A stretch of DNA of 64,000 nt from Octopus vulgaris (taxonomy: Eukaryota), in assembly GCA_951406725.2 (NCBI GenBank), contig OX597828.1, positions 53,444,001 to 53,508,000 of the forward strand. The letters run 5' to 3'. Every line of letters begins with the position of its first letter. Positions within the stretch are counted from its first letter, which is position 1. Positions 13,872 to 26,500 of this stretch are shown one piece after another. The position numbers and the translations under genes were made by a program. Under the pieces are notes generated by a model. It was not told the DNA's origin. It saw nothing but the letters and a program-made list of their open reading frames with translations, and ran no database searches.

Positions 13872-13933
<62 letters not shown>

Positions 13934-14234
13934 GCTGCTGATGCTGTTGCTGATGCTGCCACTACTACTACTAATACTACTTCATTATCCTTCGTGTTTA
14001 CCCCCGATTTTCTTGTTTCGTCTTCCCTTTCCCTCTCCGCCGACAAATTACTTCAAACGTGATGTATGAATGAATACGACACACCCTTTACATATATGTA
14101 TGTGTATATATGCATGTGTGTATGTGTGTATGAATGCATGTATGTATGTATGCATGTATATCTCTTCAATTTTTTAATTATTATAAATCTTCCACTGAGG
14201 AGGAAGCCGATTTCCAACAAAGACACAGAGATCC

Positions 14235-14625
14235 ATCTTTGGGATGTTGTTAACACAGACTTATTGACATTTGGAACTTGAAAAAAGTCTTGCATATTTT
14301 TATTGTTCCACTCACAGATTGCACTTATAACGTACGAATCAGCCGGTCGATTTCTCTTTCTGAAAATCCCAGTTTATCCAGATTCTCCTTTAGGCATTTT
14401 CTAACAAAACCTAGTGTTCCAATTATTATTGGTATGAATATGAATTCATAGTCTGGATATAGAAGCTGGAGGTTTCGAAGCAGTTGTCCATAGATATCCT
14501 TTTTTTCTTTGATTTTCAAAGAGATATTTATATCTGTATGGCAGCTGACCTCTATGATGGTACATACCTTTGCCCTTCTGCCCTCAAACAGCAATATCCT
14601 GTTATGTTTACATTTGACAGAAGTA
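14235..14625 (-). mobile_element. R4/Dong(NeSL)-type LINE C-terminus with restriction-like endonuclease
   Basis: KCKHNR..CTIIEVSC.TDINISLKIKEKKDIYGQLLRNLQLLYPDYEFIFIPIIIGTLG..SVSGTIKICKTFF fits the PD-(D/E)xK RLE tail of R2/R4-group elements. Confidence 0.8.
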
Positions 14626-14691
14626 TTCCTTGAGTTGGTGTTTATGTATGTATGTATGTTTCTATGTATATATGAATGTATCCATGCATGT

Positions 14692-15605
14692 CTCAATACT
14701 CAAGATATCAGCTTTCCTCAGGACCTGTGTGTCAGGAGTTTTTAAGGTCCAGCCAACATTCAGAATGTGTCTCAGAAATCTCTGATGAAAGCGTTCAAGG
14801 ACCCTTTGTAAAGGGTCCATGTCTCACAAGAGTAAAGGAGCGATTTCAGTACACATGCACGGTACACAGGCCATGGTGCTCAAGCACCGGTTACATTGGC
14901 CTGGACACCTTATTAAAATGAAGGATAGCAGGATCCCTAAACAGATGCTAAATGGGGAACTTGTTAGGGGAAAGATACCCCCGGCAGAAACCAAAGCTGC
15001 GATTTAAGGACTGTGTCAAGTTATCATTAATGGCCTGTGATATGCAGGAGACCGACTGGGAGAATAATACCTATTTCTTTACTACCCACAAGGGGCTAAA
15101 CACAGAGAGGACAAACAAGGACAGACAAACGGATTAAGTTGATTATATCGACCCCAGTGCGTAACTGGTACTTATTTATTCGACCCCGAAAGAATGAAAG
15201 GCAAAGTCGACCTCGGCGGAATTTGAACTCAAACCGTAACGGCAGACGAAATACGGCTACGCATTTCGCCCGGCGGGCTAACGGTTCTGCCAGCTCGCCG
15301 CCTTGTGGGAGAATAATGCCTGTCATCGCTACAGATGGAGGATGTAGGTTAAGGAGGGGGTCGACACCTTTGAGAGAGCACGTATTCTGCTTGAAGGATT
15401 TCAGCGTGTGGCTCGAAGGCGCACTGCTAGTGTAGTGAATGGAGAAAGCTTGGTTCACAATGTTTTCAGTCGTGTGTTCTCTGTCAAGAGCAGGGTTCAT
15501 TAGCCACCAACGGAACCGCAAATGCAAAATATAAGTTAGTCCTAGAGCGCACAATGTTCCTAAAGGTCAGCAATGGTCTTCCTCGGTCACGAGTGGACGG
15601 CCATC
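14692..15605 (+). mobile_element. RTE-clade LINE 3' fragment with inverted 5' segment and 12-bp TSD
   Basis: 14692-14867 (-): VYRACVLKSLLYSCETWTLY..LERFHQRFLRHILNVGW..PDTQVLRKADILSIE. From 14868 (+): AMVLKHRLHWPGHLIKMKDSRIPKQMLNGEL..KLRFKDCVK..SRAGFISHQR. TSD ATCCATGCATGT at 14680-14691 and 15606-15617. Confidence 0.9.
15069..15305 (-). mobile_element. SINE family B, full length, inserted in the RTE
   Basis: Head GGCGGCGAGCTGGCAGAA, tail GCCCCTTGTGGGTAGTAAAGAAATAGG. TSD TGGGAGAATAAT at 15057-15068 and 15306-15317. Confidence 0.9.
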
Positions 15606-15652
15606 ATCCATGCATGTATATATGCATGCATGTATGTATGTATACATGTATG

Positions 15653-15686
<34 letters not shown>

Positions 15687-15879
15687 TGTATGCACGTATG
15701 CATGCACGTATATATGTATTGATGTATGTATGTATGCATGTATGTATGCATATATGTATGTGTATGTATTTGTACATGAATGTACGAATGCATATACCCC
15801 ATGTATGTACGGATACATGTAGGTGCATATATGTGAACCACTGTATATGCGTATGTAAGCATAGAAGTATTTGCAAACA

Positions 15880-15938
15880 GATGGATTGATGGATGGATGG
15901 ATGGATGGACGGACGGATGGATGGATGGATGGATTGAC

Positions 15939-15972
<34 letters not shown>

Positions 15973-16115
15973 ATGGATGGACGGATGGATTGACGGATGA
16001 GTAGATGGATGGATGGATGGATGGATGGATGGATGGATGGATGGATGGACGGACGGATGGATGGATGGATGGACGAATGGACGGACGGATGGACGGATGG
16101 ATGGATGGATGGATA
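15880..16115. repeat. (GGAT)n microsatellite
   Basis: Direct inspection. Confidence 0.95.
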
Positions 16116-16166
16116 CCAGTATGGATGACGTTACAATTGTTTATCAATATGTTCGTCTATATCAAG

Positions 16167-16385
16167 GCAGTGAGCTGCCAGAAACGTTAGTATGCTGGCC
16201 GAAATGCTGAGCGCCATTTCATTTGTCTTTACGTTTCTGATTTCAGAATCCGCCAAGGTCGACTTTGCCTATCATTCTTTTGAGATCGATAAAATAAGTA
16301 CCAGCTGAACACTGGCATCGATATAATCGACTTGAACCCTTTCGTGAAATTGCAGGCCTTGTGCCAAAATTGAAAATTTGGAACC
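16167..16385 (+). mobile_element. SINE family B, short-tail variant
   Basis: GGCAGTGAGCTGCCAGAAACGTTAG..GTCGACTTTGCC..CCTTGTGCCAAAATT. Confidence 0.75.
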
Positions 16386-16782
16386 AATACCCCTCCCATA
16401 CACGTGCGTGTGCGTGTGTGTGTGCGATTGTGCGTGTATGTGTGCGTGTTTATGTGTGTATTTGTATGGGAGTATAAACATATTTATGGTTATATTCTAA
16501 AGTTCGAAAATATTTTGCAACTTTTCTCAGTTCCATTAATAGCTGTTAACCGCAACTTCCTGATTAGCGTGTCTCTTCTGGTTCAGTGAATCTCAATTTC
16601 TCAGTATTAGTGCCCCAGTAATTATAGGTGTCAATCTAAAATTGTTATGGTAGTCTCTCGTAGTCCAAGAAAGACAGTTCTTCAATTTCTTGTTGAACGA
16701 CCTGCCAAATGATTCGTTTATAGTGATATATATATATATTAGTTAATGAATGACAAAGTGCAGGGATTATGTCATCACAATC

Positions 16783-16868
16783 ATTAGCTTACAGCTGTAT
16801 CTGCTACAAGATGTAAGGCGCTCAGAGGGTAGTGCTTATGAAACATCCTACAGCTTCCTCAGAGCAAT
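16783..16868 (-). ncRNA. type I hammerhead-like motif (Penelope pLTR-type), GAAA read as GAUA
   Basis: TTGCT-CTGAGGA-A-GCTGTAGGATGT..ACATCTTGTAGC-A-GATA-CAGCTG-TA-AGC: 12-bp stem II and palindromic stem III. Confidence 0.65.
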
Positions 16869-17019
16869 TAATATGAAGTCTATGTCCATTTAGGAAAGCA
16901 TTTAAGTACATTTGAGGAAGCAATAGGATATTGCTCAAGACATCCTTTTATAGGCTAATGAATTAATTTATATTGCGCTCTGTACTCGTCTAACATTTTA
17001 CCCTGAAACTTATGCATTC

Positions 17020-17436
17020 TTTTATTCTTTTATTCTTTTACTTGTTTCAGTCATTTGACTGTGGCCATGCTGGGGTACCGCCTTTAGTCGAGCAAATGGA
17101 CCCCAGGACTTATTCTTTGTAAGCCTAGTACTTATTCTAACAGTATCTTTTGCTGAAATGCTAAGTTATGGGGACGTAAATATATGTCAAGCGATGTTGG
17201 GGGTGACAAACACAGACACACAAACATACACACACACACACAAACAGATACACACACACACACACACACACAGAGGCTCCTTTCAGTTTCCGTCTACTAA
17301 ATCCACTCACAAGGCTTTGGTCGACCCGAGGCTATAGTAGAAGACACTTGCCCAAGGTGCCACGTAGTGGGACTGAACCCGGAACCATGTGGCTGGTAAG
17401 CAAGCTACATCCCACACAGCCACTTCTACGCCTACG

Positions 17437-17440
<4 letters not shown>
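17020..17440 (-). mobile_element. SINE family A, full length
   Basis: Matches the other family A copies. Confidence 0.85.
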
Positions 17441-17485
<45 letters not shown>

Positions 17486-17908
17486 AGAGAGACAGACAGA
17501 CAGAGTTGAGCGAGGGTGGGAGAAAGAGGGAGAATAACACAAAGAGAGATGAGTGTGTTTCTCTGTGTGTGTGTGTGTGTGGGTGTGTGCAATAATGTGT
17601 ATGTATTTTTAAACGCGCGAATGAACGATTAAATTTGTTGTACATATGAGGCGTTGAAATGTGAGAGAGTAAACCCATGCGCCAACGCATGCGCGTGCGT
17701 GTCTGTGTTTGTGTTTGTGTGTGTATGTGTATGTCAGTGTGTGTGTGTGCTTACAGCTAGAAAAGCTGGTGGTAGTGCTTGGTTAAATGAGTGGAGTGCT
17801 ATTGTAACACTCCTCGTTCAAGTAGACTTCAACAAGGTATCCATCCACCCTTCGACTTCTCAGTCTGGGGTCAGTTGCCGTAATGAAACGCAAAATGTAA
17901 AATGAGAA

Positions 17909-17951
<43 letters not shown>

Positions 17952-18639
17952 AAGAGACAGAGAGACAGAGACAGAGAAAGAGACAGAGAGAGAAACGAGG
18001 GAAGAGAGAGAGGGGGGAAAGAAAGAGAGGGAGAGAGGATACGCAGGCGGCACGTGCTGTACCCTGCTGGTTTCACTCCTTGCAGCGTTCTGTCTTATTC
18101 GCTCGAGTGCACCTCCTCACCCTCGCCAACCACACCACAACCCGCTACTCCACCACCACCAACACCACCGCCAGCACCACCACCACCACCATCAGGATCT
18201 ACTTCCTCGACGCTCGTCCGAAAGACTGAGAATGTAGGCCAGAAATACAGGCATCGGCGTAGAGATCGGTAGGACAGGAGAGGGACTGAAATAAAAGGCG
18301 GGTGTTGTTGTGGTGGCGGTGCTGGCGACGACAGCAGCAGCAGCAGCAGCGGCGGTGGCGGCAGCGGCGGCGGCGGCGGCGGCGTCGCACTACATCTCTG
18401 TGTGTATGCTTGTCAGTCATTTTGTCTGTGTTTTGCTTCTGTTTAGTAAACGCACGCGTCAGTCATACTTACTTCTACATTAAGAGGGAGTGACAACTAT
18501 ACAATGTCTCAATCAAGGATCACTTGACAGCGGCCCCTAAAAGAAATTGTGAGCATCCTTCATAATAAAGGAGACAACGTCTGTTTAGCAGCGCAGAATT
18601 TATTGTCTGGGTTCTGAGTTCAAATCTTTTCAATGTCCT

Positions 18640-19021
18640 ATTACTCTTTTACTCTTTTACTTGTTTCAGTCATTTGACTGCGGCTATGCTGGAGCACCGC
18701 CTTTTGTCGAGGAAATCGACCCGAGGACTATTTCTTTGGTAAGCCTAGTACTTATTCTATCGGTCTCTTTTTGCCGAACCGCTAAGTTACGGGGTCGTCA
18801 ACACACCAGCTTCAGTTGTCAAGCGATGTTGGGAGGGGGGGGCAAACACAAACACACAAACACAAACACACAAACACACACACATATATATACATATATA
18901 TAAATACATATATACGACGGGCTTCTTTCAGTTTCCGTCACCCAAATCCACTCACAAGGCTTTGGTCGGCCCGAGGCTATAGTAGAAGACACTTGCCCAA
19001 GGTGCCACACAGTGGGACGGA
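18640..19021 (-). mobile_element. SINE family A, head truncated at the Tc1 fragment
   Basis: Matches the other family A copies. Confidence 0.85.
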
Positions 19022-19024
19022 ACT

Positions 19025-19392
19025 ATGGTTGTGGAACTGTACCGGAAGGAAGCGCAATCTTTCAGGATGATAATGCACCAATTCACACACCTACAGTTTT
19101 TACTGAATAGCACGAGGAATATTCTAGTGAAGTTGAACATCTTATCTGGCCACCACAATCCCCAGATCTCAATATTATTGAACATTTATGGTGCATTTTA
19201 GAAAAACAAGTAAGGAGTCGTTATCCTCCACCATCATCACTACAAGAACTGGAGACTGTTTTAGCTGAAGAATAGACAAACATTCCTTTGGAAACAATTC
19301 AAACTTTGTACGAGTCTATACCTCGTAGAATTCAAGCTGTAATTACTGCCAAAGTCAATCCTACCTCATATTAAAATAAATTTGTTTGAAAT
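19025..19392 (+). mobile_element. Tc1-family transposase C-terminal remnant
   Basis: IFQDDNAPIH..LIWPPQSPDLNIIEHLW..SIPRRIQAVITAK..TSY*, with in-frame stops. Confidence 0.9.
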
Positions 19393-19454
<62 letters not shown>

Positions 19455-19458
<4 letters not shown>

Positions 19459-19696
19459 TAAATAAAACATATGCATATATATACATATATGTACGTACCT
19501 ACCTCTACATGTATATATACACGCATATATGAGTACAGGACACCAAAAAAAACGTCGAACACAATGAGAAACGAAAATATAGACACAAACCCAAGGAACT
19601 GGACATTTTTCTTAAACAACAAAAAAATAGAGTACAGGACAAATAACACAAGGAAAAAACCCCTTCTTCAGTCGCCATGGTTTCATCTACTCTACG
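19455..19696 (-). repeat. short element 3' part, related to 48300-48580
   Basis: Shared CTGA(A/T)GAAGGGG.TTTTTCCTTGTGT..TGTCCTGTACT and the terminal ..GTACGTACATATATG..TTTATTTATTA. Confidence 0.7.
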
Positions 19697-20199
19697 TGCA
19701 TGCGCGTGTGTATGCATCACGCGGTTTTTGTCGACCAAATTCATTCGCAAGGCAGTGGGGGGACGGGTGCTATTGTAGAAGACACTTGCCTATTGTGCCG
19801 CGCTGTGGAACCGAACCAGAAACCATATGGATACTGAGCGACCTCCTTATTCACATTGCGATACCTATTTTCTTTCAAATCAGCTCCTTCAGGCCGCCAT
19901 TGATTTCCTGAAGCTGAACGAAAATCGAAAGATTTTAAATCTTGCTGAAAGTCACTGCAGCATTAACATAATTTATGCACTTCTCTCCTTTCGTTGTTTC
20001 GTCAAGTTGCGAGGAGCTCAAAAACTGTGGAGAGAATTTAAAGGCAATCAGCTAAAGAGGGTGCTTCCTCGCAGCAGCTCGACTTGTTAGAAATAACAAC
20101 CAAATCTCTCCACATGAATAGTTACTGATACATATTTTGGAATAAATGTAAATCATCCTCAGAGAATATGAAGCAGAAATGTGGGATTGAACTGTAAAC

Positions 20200-20805
20200 T
20201 GAGTAGCTGTGTGGTAAGCAACTTGCTTAACAACCACAGGGTTCCGGGTTCAGTCCCACTGCGTAGCAACTTGGGCAAGTGTCTTCTACTATAGCCTTGA
20301 ACCGACCAAAGCCTTGTGAGTGGATTTGGTAGACGGAAACTGAAAAGTAGCCAGTCGTATATATGTATATGTATATATATGTGTGTGTGTGTGTTTGTGA
20401 TTCTGTGTTTGTCCCCCTAACATCACTTGACAACCGATGCTGGTGTGTTTACCTCCCCGTAATTTAGCGGTCAGTCTCACTGCGTGGCACCTTGGGCATG
20501 TGTCTTCTACTATAGCCTCGGGCCGACCAAAGCCTTGTGAGTGGATTTGGTTGACGGAAACTGGAAGTAGCTCGTCGTATATATGTATATGTATATATAT
20601 ATATGTGTGTGTGTGTGTTTATGTGTCTGTTTGTCCACCACAACATCGCTTGACAACCGATGCTGGTGTGTTTACTTCCTAGTAAATTAGCGGTTCGGTA
20701 AAAGAGACCGATAGAATAAGCTCTGGGGTCGATATGCTCGACTAAAGGTGGTGCTCCAGCATGGCCACAGTCAAATGACTGAAACAAGTAAAAGAGTAAA
20801 AGAGT
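20200..20805 (+). mobile_element. SINE family A, tandem/nested pair
   Basis: A 5' half (20200-20470) is followed by a second copy restarting at CACTGCGTGGCACC and ending in (TAAAAGAG)2. Confidence 0.8.
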
Positions 20806-21047
20806 ACTGAGGAAAATTCCAGTTATATTCGGACATTTCCATAAAACCAGGATAAGCATTATTAGTTGGTCGCACAAATACACACGCACAGACTCACACA
20901 CACACATACTTCCTCACACACGCGCGCACACACACACACACAATTTTAACAGAAAGAAGGCATTTCCCAGCAAGCAAGTAATGAGCATTTTAATAGCCAT
21001 GTCCATTAGCTGCAACATATCGAGCACATATGTGTATGTGTGTATAT

Positions 21048-21084
<37 letters not shown>

Positions 21085-21138
21085 TGTATGTACATATATA
21101 TACATGTGTATACGTGTATATATATGTATATATATACT

Positions 21139-21170
<32 letters not shown>

Positions 21171-21186
21171 CATATATACATGTATA

Positions 21187-21228
<42 letters not shown>

Positions 21229-21246
21229 TGCATACACATATATATA

Positions 21247-21293
<47 letters not shown>

Positions 21294-22504
21294 TGTTTGT
21301 AAATGTATATGTTTGATAGACTAAGTGTATTTTAGCATTTATCTTCAGTTGCATTTAGCAAGCATATTATCATAATGACAGCAATGTTTTCACGATATGA
21401 CAATATGGCCACCGTTGATGACAATAACAGTCGTAAACCTGTAACTAAAAGCAACATTAACGACAACCGCTAATATAGCAGCCATATTGTTTACTTTCGT
21501 TTTCTCCCATCATCGCCGTCAACTTCATCAACATCTTCATCAACAAAATCCTCATCATCATCATCATTATGGCGAACACCATCACACTCGCGAATATCAT
21601 TATTATTATTATCATTATTATCATTGTTGTTGTTGCTGCTATCATTATTATTTTTATTGTTATTACTATTAGTACTATCGTTGTTGTTTTTGTTGTTGTT
21701 TTGTTATTATTATTATATTTATTATTATCATTATTACTATTGTTGCTGTTGTTGTTATTAATGTCGATTTGTTCTTATTGCTTTTATCATCTGCATTATG
21801 TACTTATTTTTTTCTTTTCTTTTCGTATTTTCTTTTTCGTTTATTTACACTTTTAAACATTTCTTGTACGCTGGTGCTAAAAGATTAATTATGTGAAACC
21901 AGACGTTATATTAGCTTGGTTAATTGAGTTAAATTAGCTAAAACGAGCAGATGGGAAGAAGCATTATTACCAAATACTTAATTTATATTTTACGCAATCA
22001 TTACTGATATCTTTAGGATTAAAAAGTTTTAAAGAATAAAACTAAAAAGGAAGGAAACAACATAACAACAACAACAACACCAATAACAACAACAGCAATA
22101 ATAATGAAAAACATTTTACAATATTCTATTATAGCTTACAAAGTAGTTGCGTTACATATGGCCTGGAATTCGCGTGGGGCTCAATACGATGATATCACTG
22201 ATAGTTCCCATGATTGGAAAGGATTATTATTTTTATATTTTTTAAAAATCTATTTTATTTCTATATTAGTGACAGAAGCAGTGTTAATACAGCGAAGTAA
22301 TATTTATACTCTCTTAAATGTGGATGTTCTGTTAGAACAAACTATACTGGGGTGGATACTATGAGAGAAACTCTAATATTGGCTCTTTTCGGTGCAAAAT
22401 TCACCCTTGTTTAAATCGCTAGCGGGGAGATAAATCCTCGCTACCTCCAGCACCAAGACTACCAGATCATAGGATTTCGACCCTGTTTGATCTTATAATT
22501 GATA

Positions 22505-23070
22505 GGCACCCAACTAGCCTTCTTCCTGCAACTTTTCTGTTCTTCTGGCAGAACATTCTGGTTGTCAAGGTGCTCGTAAATGCTTTCTGAAAACAATCTT
22601 GTTAAACAGCTTCTACACTAATGGCAAGCAAGTGATTGGTCTATAGTTGCTAGCTGTATTACCCTTGTTCTTATCTTTCATAGTGAGTATTGTTCTCCCT
22701 CTAGTCATCCAATCTGGTATTATTCCGCCATTAAGGCAATCCTGAAGTTGTTCCCTCAGCCTCTCATAGAAACTACTGAACTTCTTTAGTCACTATCCTT
22801 GAACTAAATCTGGTCCTGGGTCCTTCTATTTCTGCATTTTTCTTAACACTTTACTCATTAATGCACTAGTTAATCTTAAATCTGGCTGCTTCTCACTATT
22901 TCTTCACTCACTTTCTTTAACCATATTGCATCTCTATTACAATTAACTGGTTTATCCCAAATATTATTCCAGAACTTTCTAGCTTCCACTGCATTAGGTT
23001 TCTCACCTTCAGTACTTCGTTCTCCACCATTTATTTGGTTATAAAATCTCCTCTGGTCTGTCTCAAATCA
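22505..23070 (-). mobile_element. R4/Dong-type LINE RT N-terminal remnant
   Basis: FETDQRRFYNQING..KFWNNIWDKP..PGPDLVQG..LKKFSS..IPDWMTRGRTIL.MKDKNKGNTASNYRPITCLPL..IYEHLDNQNVLPEEQK. Confidence 0.85.
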
Positions 23071-23089
23071 TCTATTCTGTTGCTACTGA

Positions 23090-23716
23090 TCTTTTTTCTG
23101 ATATCTGGAGATTTTGCTTGTCGGCCAAGTTTGTAGTAACAATTGCCCCACCGCTCTCCTTCAATCGGGCAGGCAAAGCAGTTTTCCTTTGTTTGGTGGC
23201 TGTGGCGAAAGAGATTGTCTGGTGGACAAAGCTGAAAGGTATGAGGTCAGATACATTCCTCTTTGGTAAAGCAATCAATGACTTTTTCAAGTTTCACTTG
23301 AAAAGGAAATTGAGAGTGGAGATGGAAATGCGGTCCTCGAATGAGTTTATTGAAAGGTGGATCAAAGTTGCGAAAATGGCAAGAGTGTATTGTACCTCTC
23401 TCAGTGTAGACCTGTAAGTTGGAAAGAAAGAATTGGAGAGGGCTCTTGCTCTTGGTGTTCAAAGAAATCTCGGACAGTAGGTTTCCTCGAGTATCCCTAG
23501 AGGTCCTCCAGTATCAGGAGGGATACATCTCTATCATCCGCTCCGTCACCTTCTCTTTTTAAAACTTTGTATCCTATGCATATGTCCCTTCTTTTTCATG
23601 TATACCGTGTATACTTACCCCAACCTTTTTATCATTTCATATGTAAACACCCACACTATGTCTCTCTTTGTTTTGCCCTCCTCCTTCGCCCTTGTGGCAA
23701 ATAAATGAAATCATCA
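23090..23716 (+). mobile_element. L1/Tx1-type LINE 3' end (ORF2 C-terminus plus 3' UTR)
   Basis: ORF 23118-23417 FLCLVAVAKEIVWWTKLK..FFKFHLKRKLRVE..FIERW resembles the A-K-x-x-I-W..F..W tail of Tx1/L1 ORF2. The UTR ends GCCCTTGTGGCAAATAAATGAAAT. Confidence 0.65.
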
Positions 23717-23873
23717 TTTAAATTATTTTTTATCCACATCATCAGCATTATTGTTATTATTTTTATTATAATAATTATTATTATTATTCCTATGATTGAT
23801 ACTTTTCCAAGTGACACGAGAGCAATAAAAATGCAAATATTAATGACGCTACGACAATGATACAAATATTAGC

Positions 23874-23938
<65 letters not shown>

Positions 23939-23964
23939 TGATAATAATAATAATGATGATAAAA

Positions 23965-24135
23965 TTGCATATATAAAATTGCACTACTAGGCACTGCACA
24001 CATTCTACGCAGAACACTTTCCATACAATAACCATCAGAGCATCACAACAAATCACAGCACATACCTAAGGCACACAGAGCTGCGCTCGGTAGTGAAGTG
24101 AAAGCACGCTATAAAAATAAAACTACTGAAGAATA
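23965..24135 (+). mobile_element. R4/Dong-type LINE extreme 3' end in (AAT)n
   Basis: KIALLGTAHILRRTLSIQ*, then a short UTR and (AAT)n. Confidence 0.75.
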
Positions 24136-24156
24136 ATAATAATAATCATTATAAAA

Positions 24157-24655
24157 AAGTGTTATCATGTACATTATTTTGTCTTGGTATAAAATATGGG
24201 CTACAGCAAATATTCTGCTCAATATCACAGATTTGCTTGTCAGTTGTATGACCATGACCAGCTGAGCATGTCCCTTGATGGCTGACGTTATGTGCATCTC
24301 TGATCACGAGCTGAAGTAATGGGGAAGCACCATAGCCATGTGTTGAGAGGAATTCTTTGGGGTTTGAATAATTCACCTTTGAAAACATGGGTATTTCGTT
24401 CAACATCCTTAAACAACACTTATTCAGGGACCTTTTTAGCGGAATGGGTCACTCGACCAGAAGAAAATTCTAACTGGGCTCCACCTGCAAGGTGATGCGC
24501 TGTTGATCTTGATATGAGATCACCATGTCGCGCACATATGGTTGTGATGCATGCGCCTGGTGTACCCTTATCAGACGGGTAGTCATGATGGGTATACTGG
24601 GCTTCGTATATTTTACCCCAGTGTCACTTTGATGGCATGCACTGCTCCCTCACTC
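24157..24655 (+). mobile_element. ~500 bp (AAT)n-tailed retroelement, copy 3
   Basis: Matches 4696-5218; followed by a long (AAT/AAC)n tract to ~24960. Confidence 0.8.
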
Positions 24656-24713
<58 letters not shown>

Positions 24714-24799
24714 GTAATAATAATAATAAAAATAATATTAATAACAACAACATCAATAATAATGATAATATTAATAATAATAATAATAATAATAACATC

Positions 24800-24834
<35 letters not shown>

Positions 24835-24838
24835 CATC

Positions 24839-24875
<37 letters not shown>

Positions 24876-25180
24876 GTAATAATGATAACAACAACAACAG
24901 CAACAACAGCAACAATATGAACAACAAGAACATCAATTACAACGAGAGCAAAAACAACGATCTTCATATTGGTAAACATACAAGATGGCGTACGCTGAAA
25001 TGCATAACAACACCGAAAGCGGAAGTATCGATAGATTTGTTCTTCCTGTCTTATAAAATGCAATTTACACTATATCCTATCCAGACTATCGACACAATTA
25101 CAACACATGTGTGTGTGTGTGTGTGTAAATATATATACATATATATATATGTGTGTGTATGTATGTATGTAAATATATAC

Positions 25181-25226
<46 letters not shown>

Positions 25227-25292
25227 TCGGGGTGAGTACTTGATAATATATGTATGTATGTATATATGTATGCATGTATATATGTATGTATG

Positions 25293-25324
<32 letters not shown>

Positions 25325-25574
25325 CTGTACACATATATATATATGCTTGTGCGTATGGGTGTGAGCATGTGTCTGCATGTGTGTGTAAGTATATATGCAT
25401 GTGTGCATGTATAATATATGAATATATTTATCAACCGACTTACAAATGCATGTGTATATCGACGATGCACGTGTGCTTACAAAACCCTGTCTACTTATGT
25501 GAATATAGCCAGTGTTTATTGAAGGTGTACAGAAATGCTTATATATATACATCCACATATGCATAGATATATGC

Positions 25575-25698
<124 letters not shown>

Positions 25699-26385
25699 CA
25701 ACATACGCCTACATACATCTCTACATACAAAAACACTTATATACACATACGTACATACATACATACATCATACCTGCAAACATGCATACATATATACATA
25801 CATATACGCAATCTATAGATACATTACATCACATATCTGCAGTATTGGGCGAGATGTTAACGAAAGCGAATGTTTTGTGCATTTTATCACCGCTCTCCAT
25901 TTTAATTCATTTGTGGGGCTGTTTCAAAGCAATTTCCTTTCGACATCTTCCGAACATCGTCTGTTCAACGTCCTAATGATTGTCTTGTTAACTTTTAACT
26001 ATTACAACCGACATTTATTTTGGGTCTCATCAATATTGTTGATGGCATTTGTTGTTGCACAACTTTGCTGATTTCTAGCCTCTACCCAAAAGGAATCTCG
26101 TTTCACCACATTGAAAAGTTCAACCACGCACACACACACAGATACTCACACAGATACAGATTCGCGCGAGCACACATATACAGTCAAGCTAACTCTTAAA
26201 TATACACATACACAGACGGACACACGGATGTGTACGCATGCATAACTATTGTAAATTTATTCATTAATTTCTCTCTCTCTCTCTCTGTATCTATCTATCT
26301 ATCTATCAATCTATCTGTCTATTTATTTATACATACATACATACATACATTCATACATACATACATACATACATACGTACGTACA

Positions 26386-26421
<36 letters not shown>

Positions 26422-26462
26422 TGTATATACATATATATATATTTATATATGTTTATGTATAC

Positions 26463-26500
<38 letters not shown>

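Noticed and set aside
14799-14818. Palindrome GGACCCTTTGTAAAGGGTCC
   Set aside because: Lies within the RTE coding remnant at a small deletion/frameshift; no evidence of independent function.
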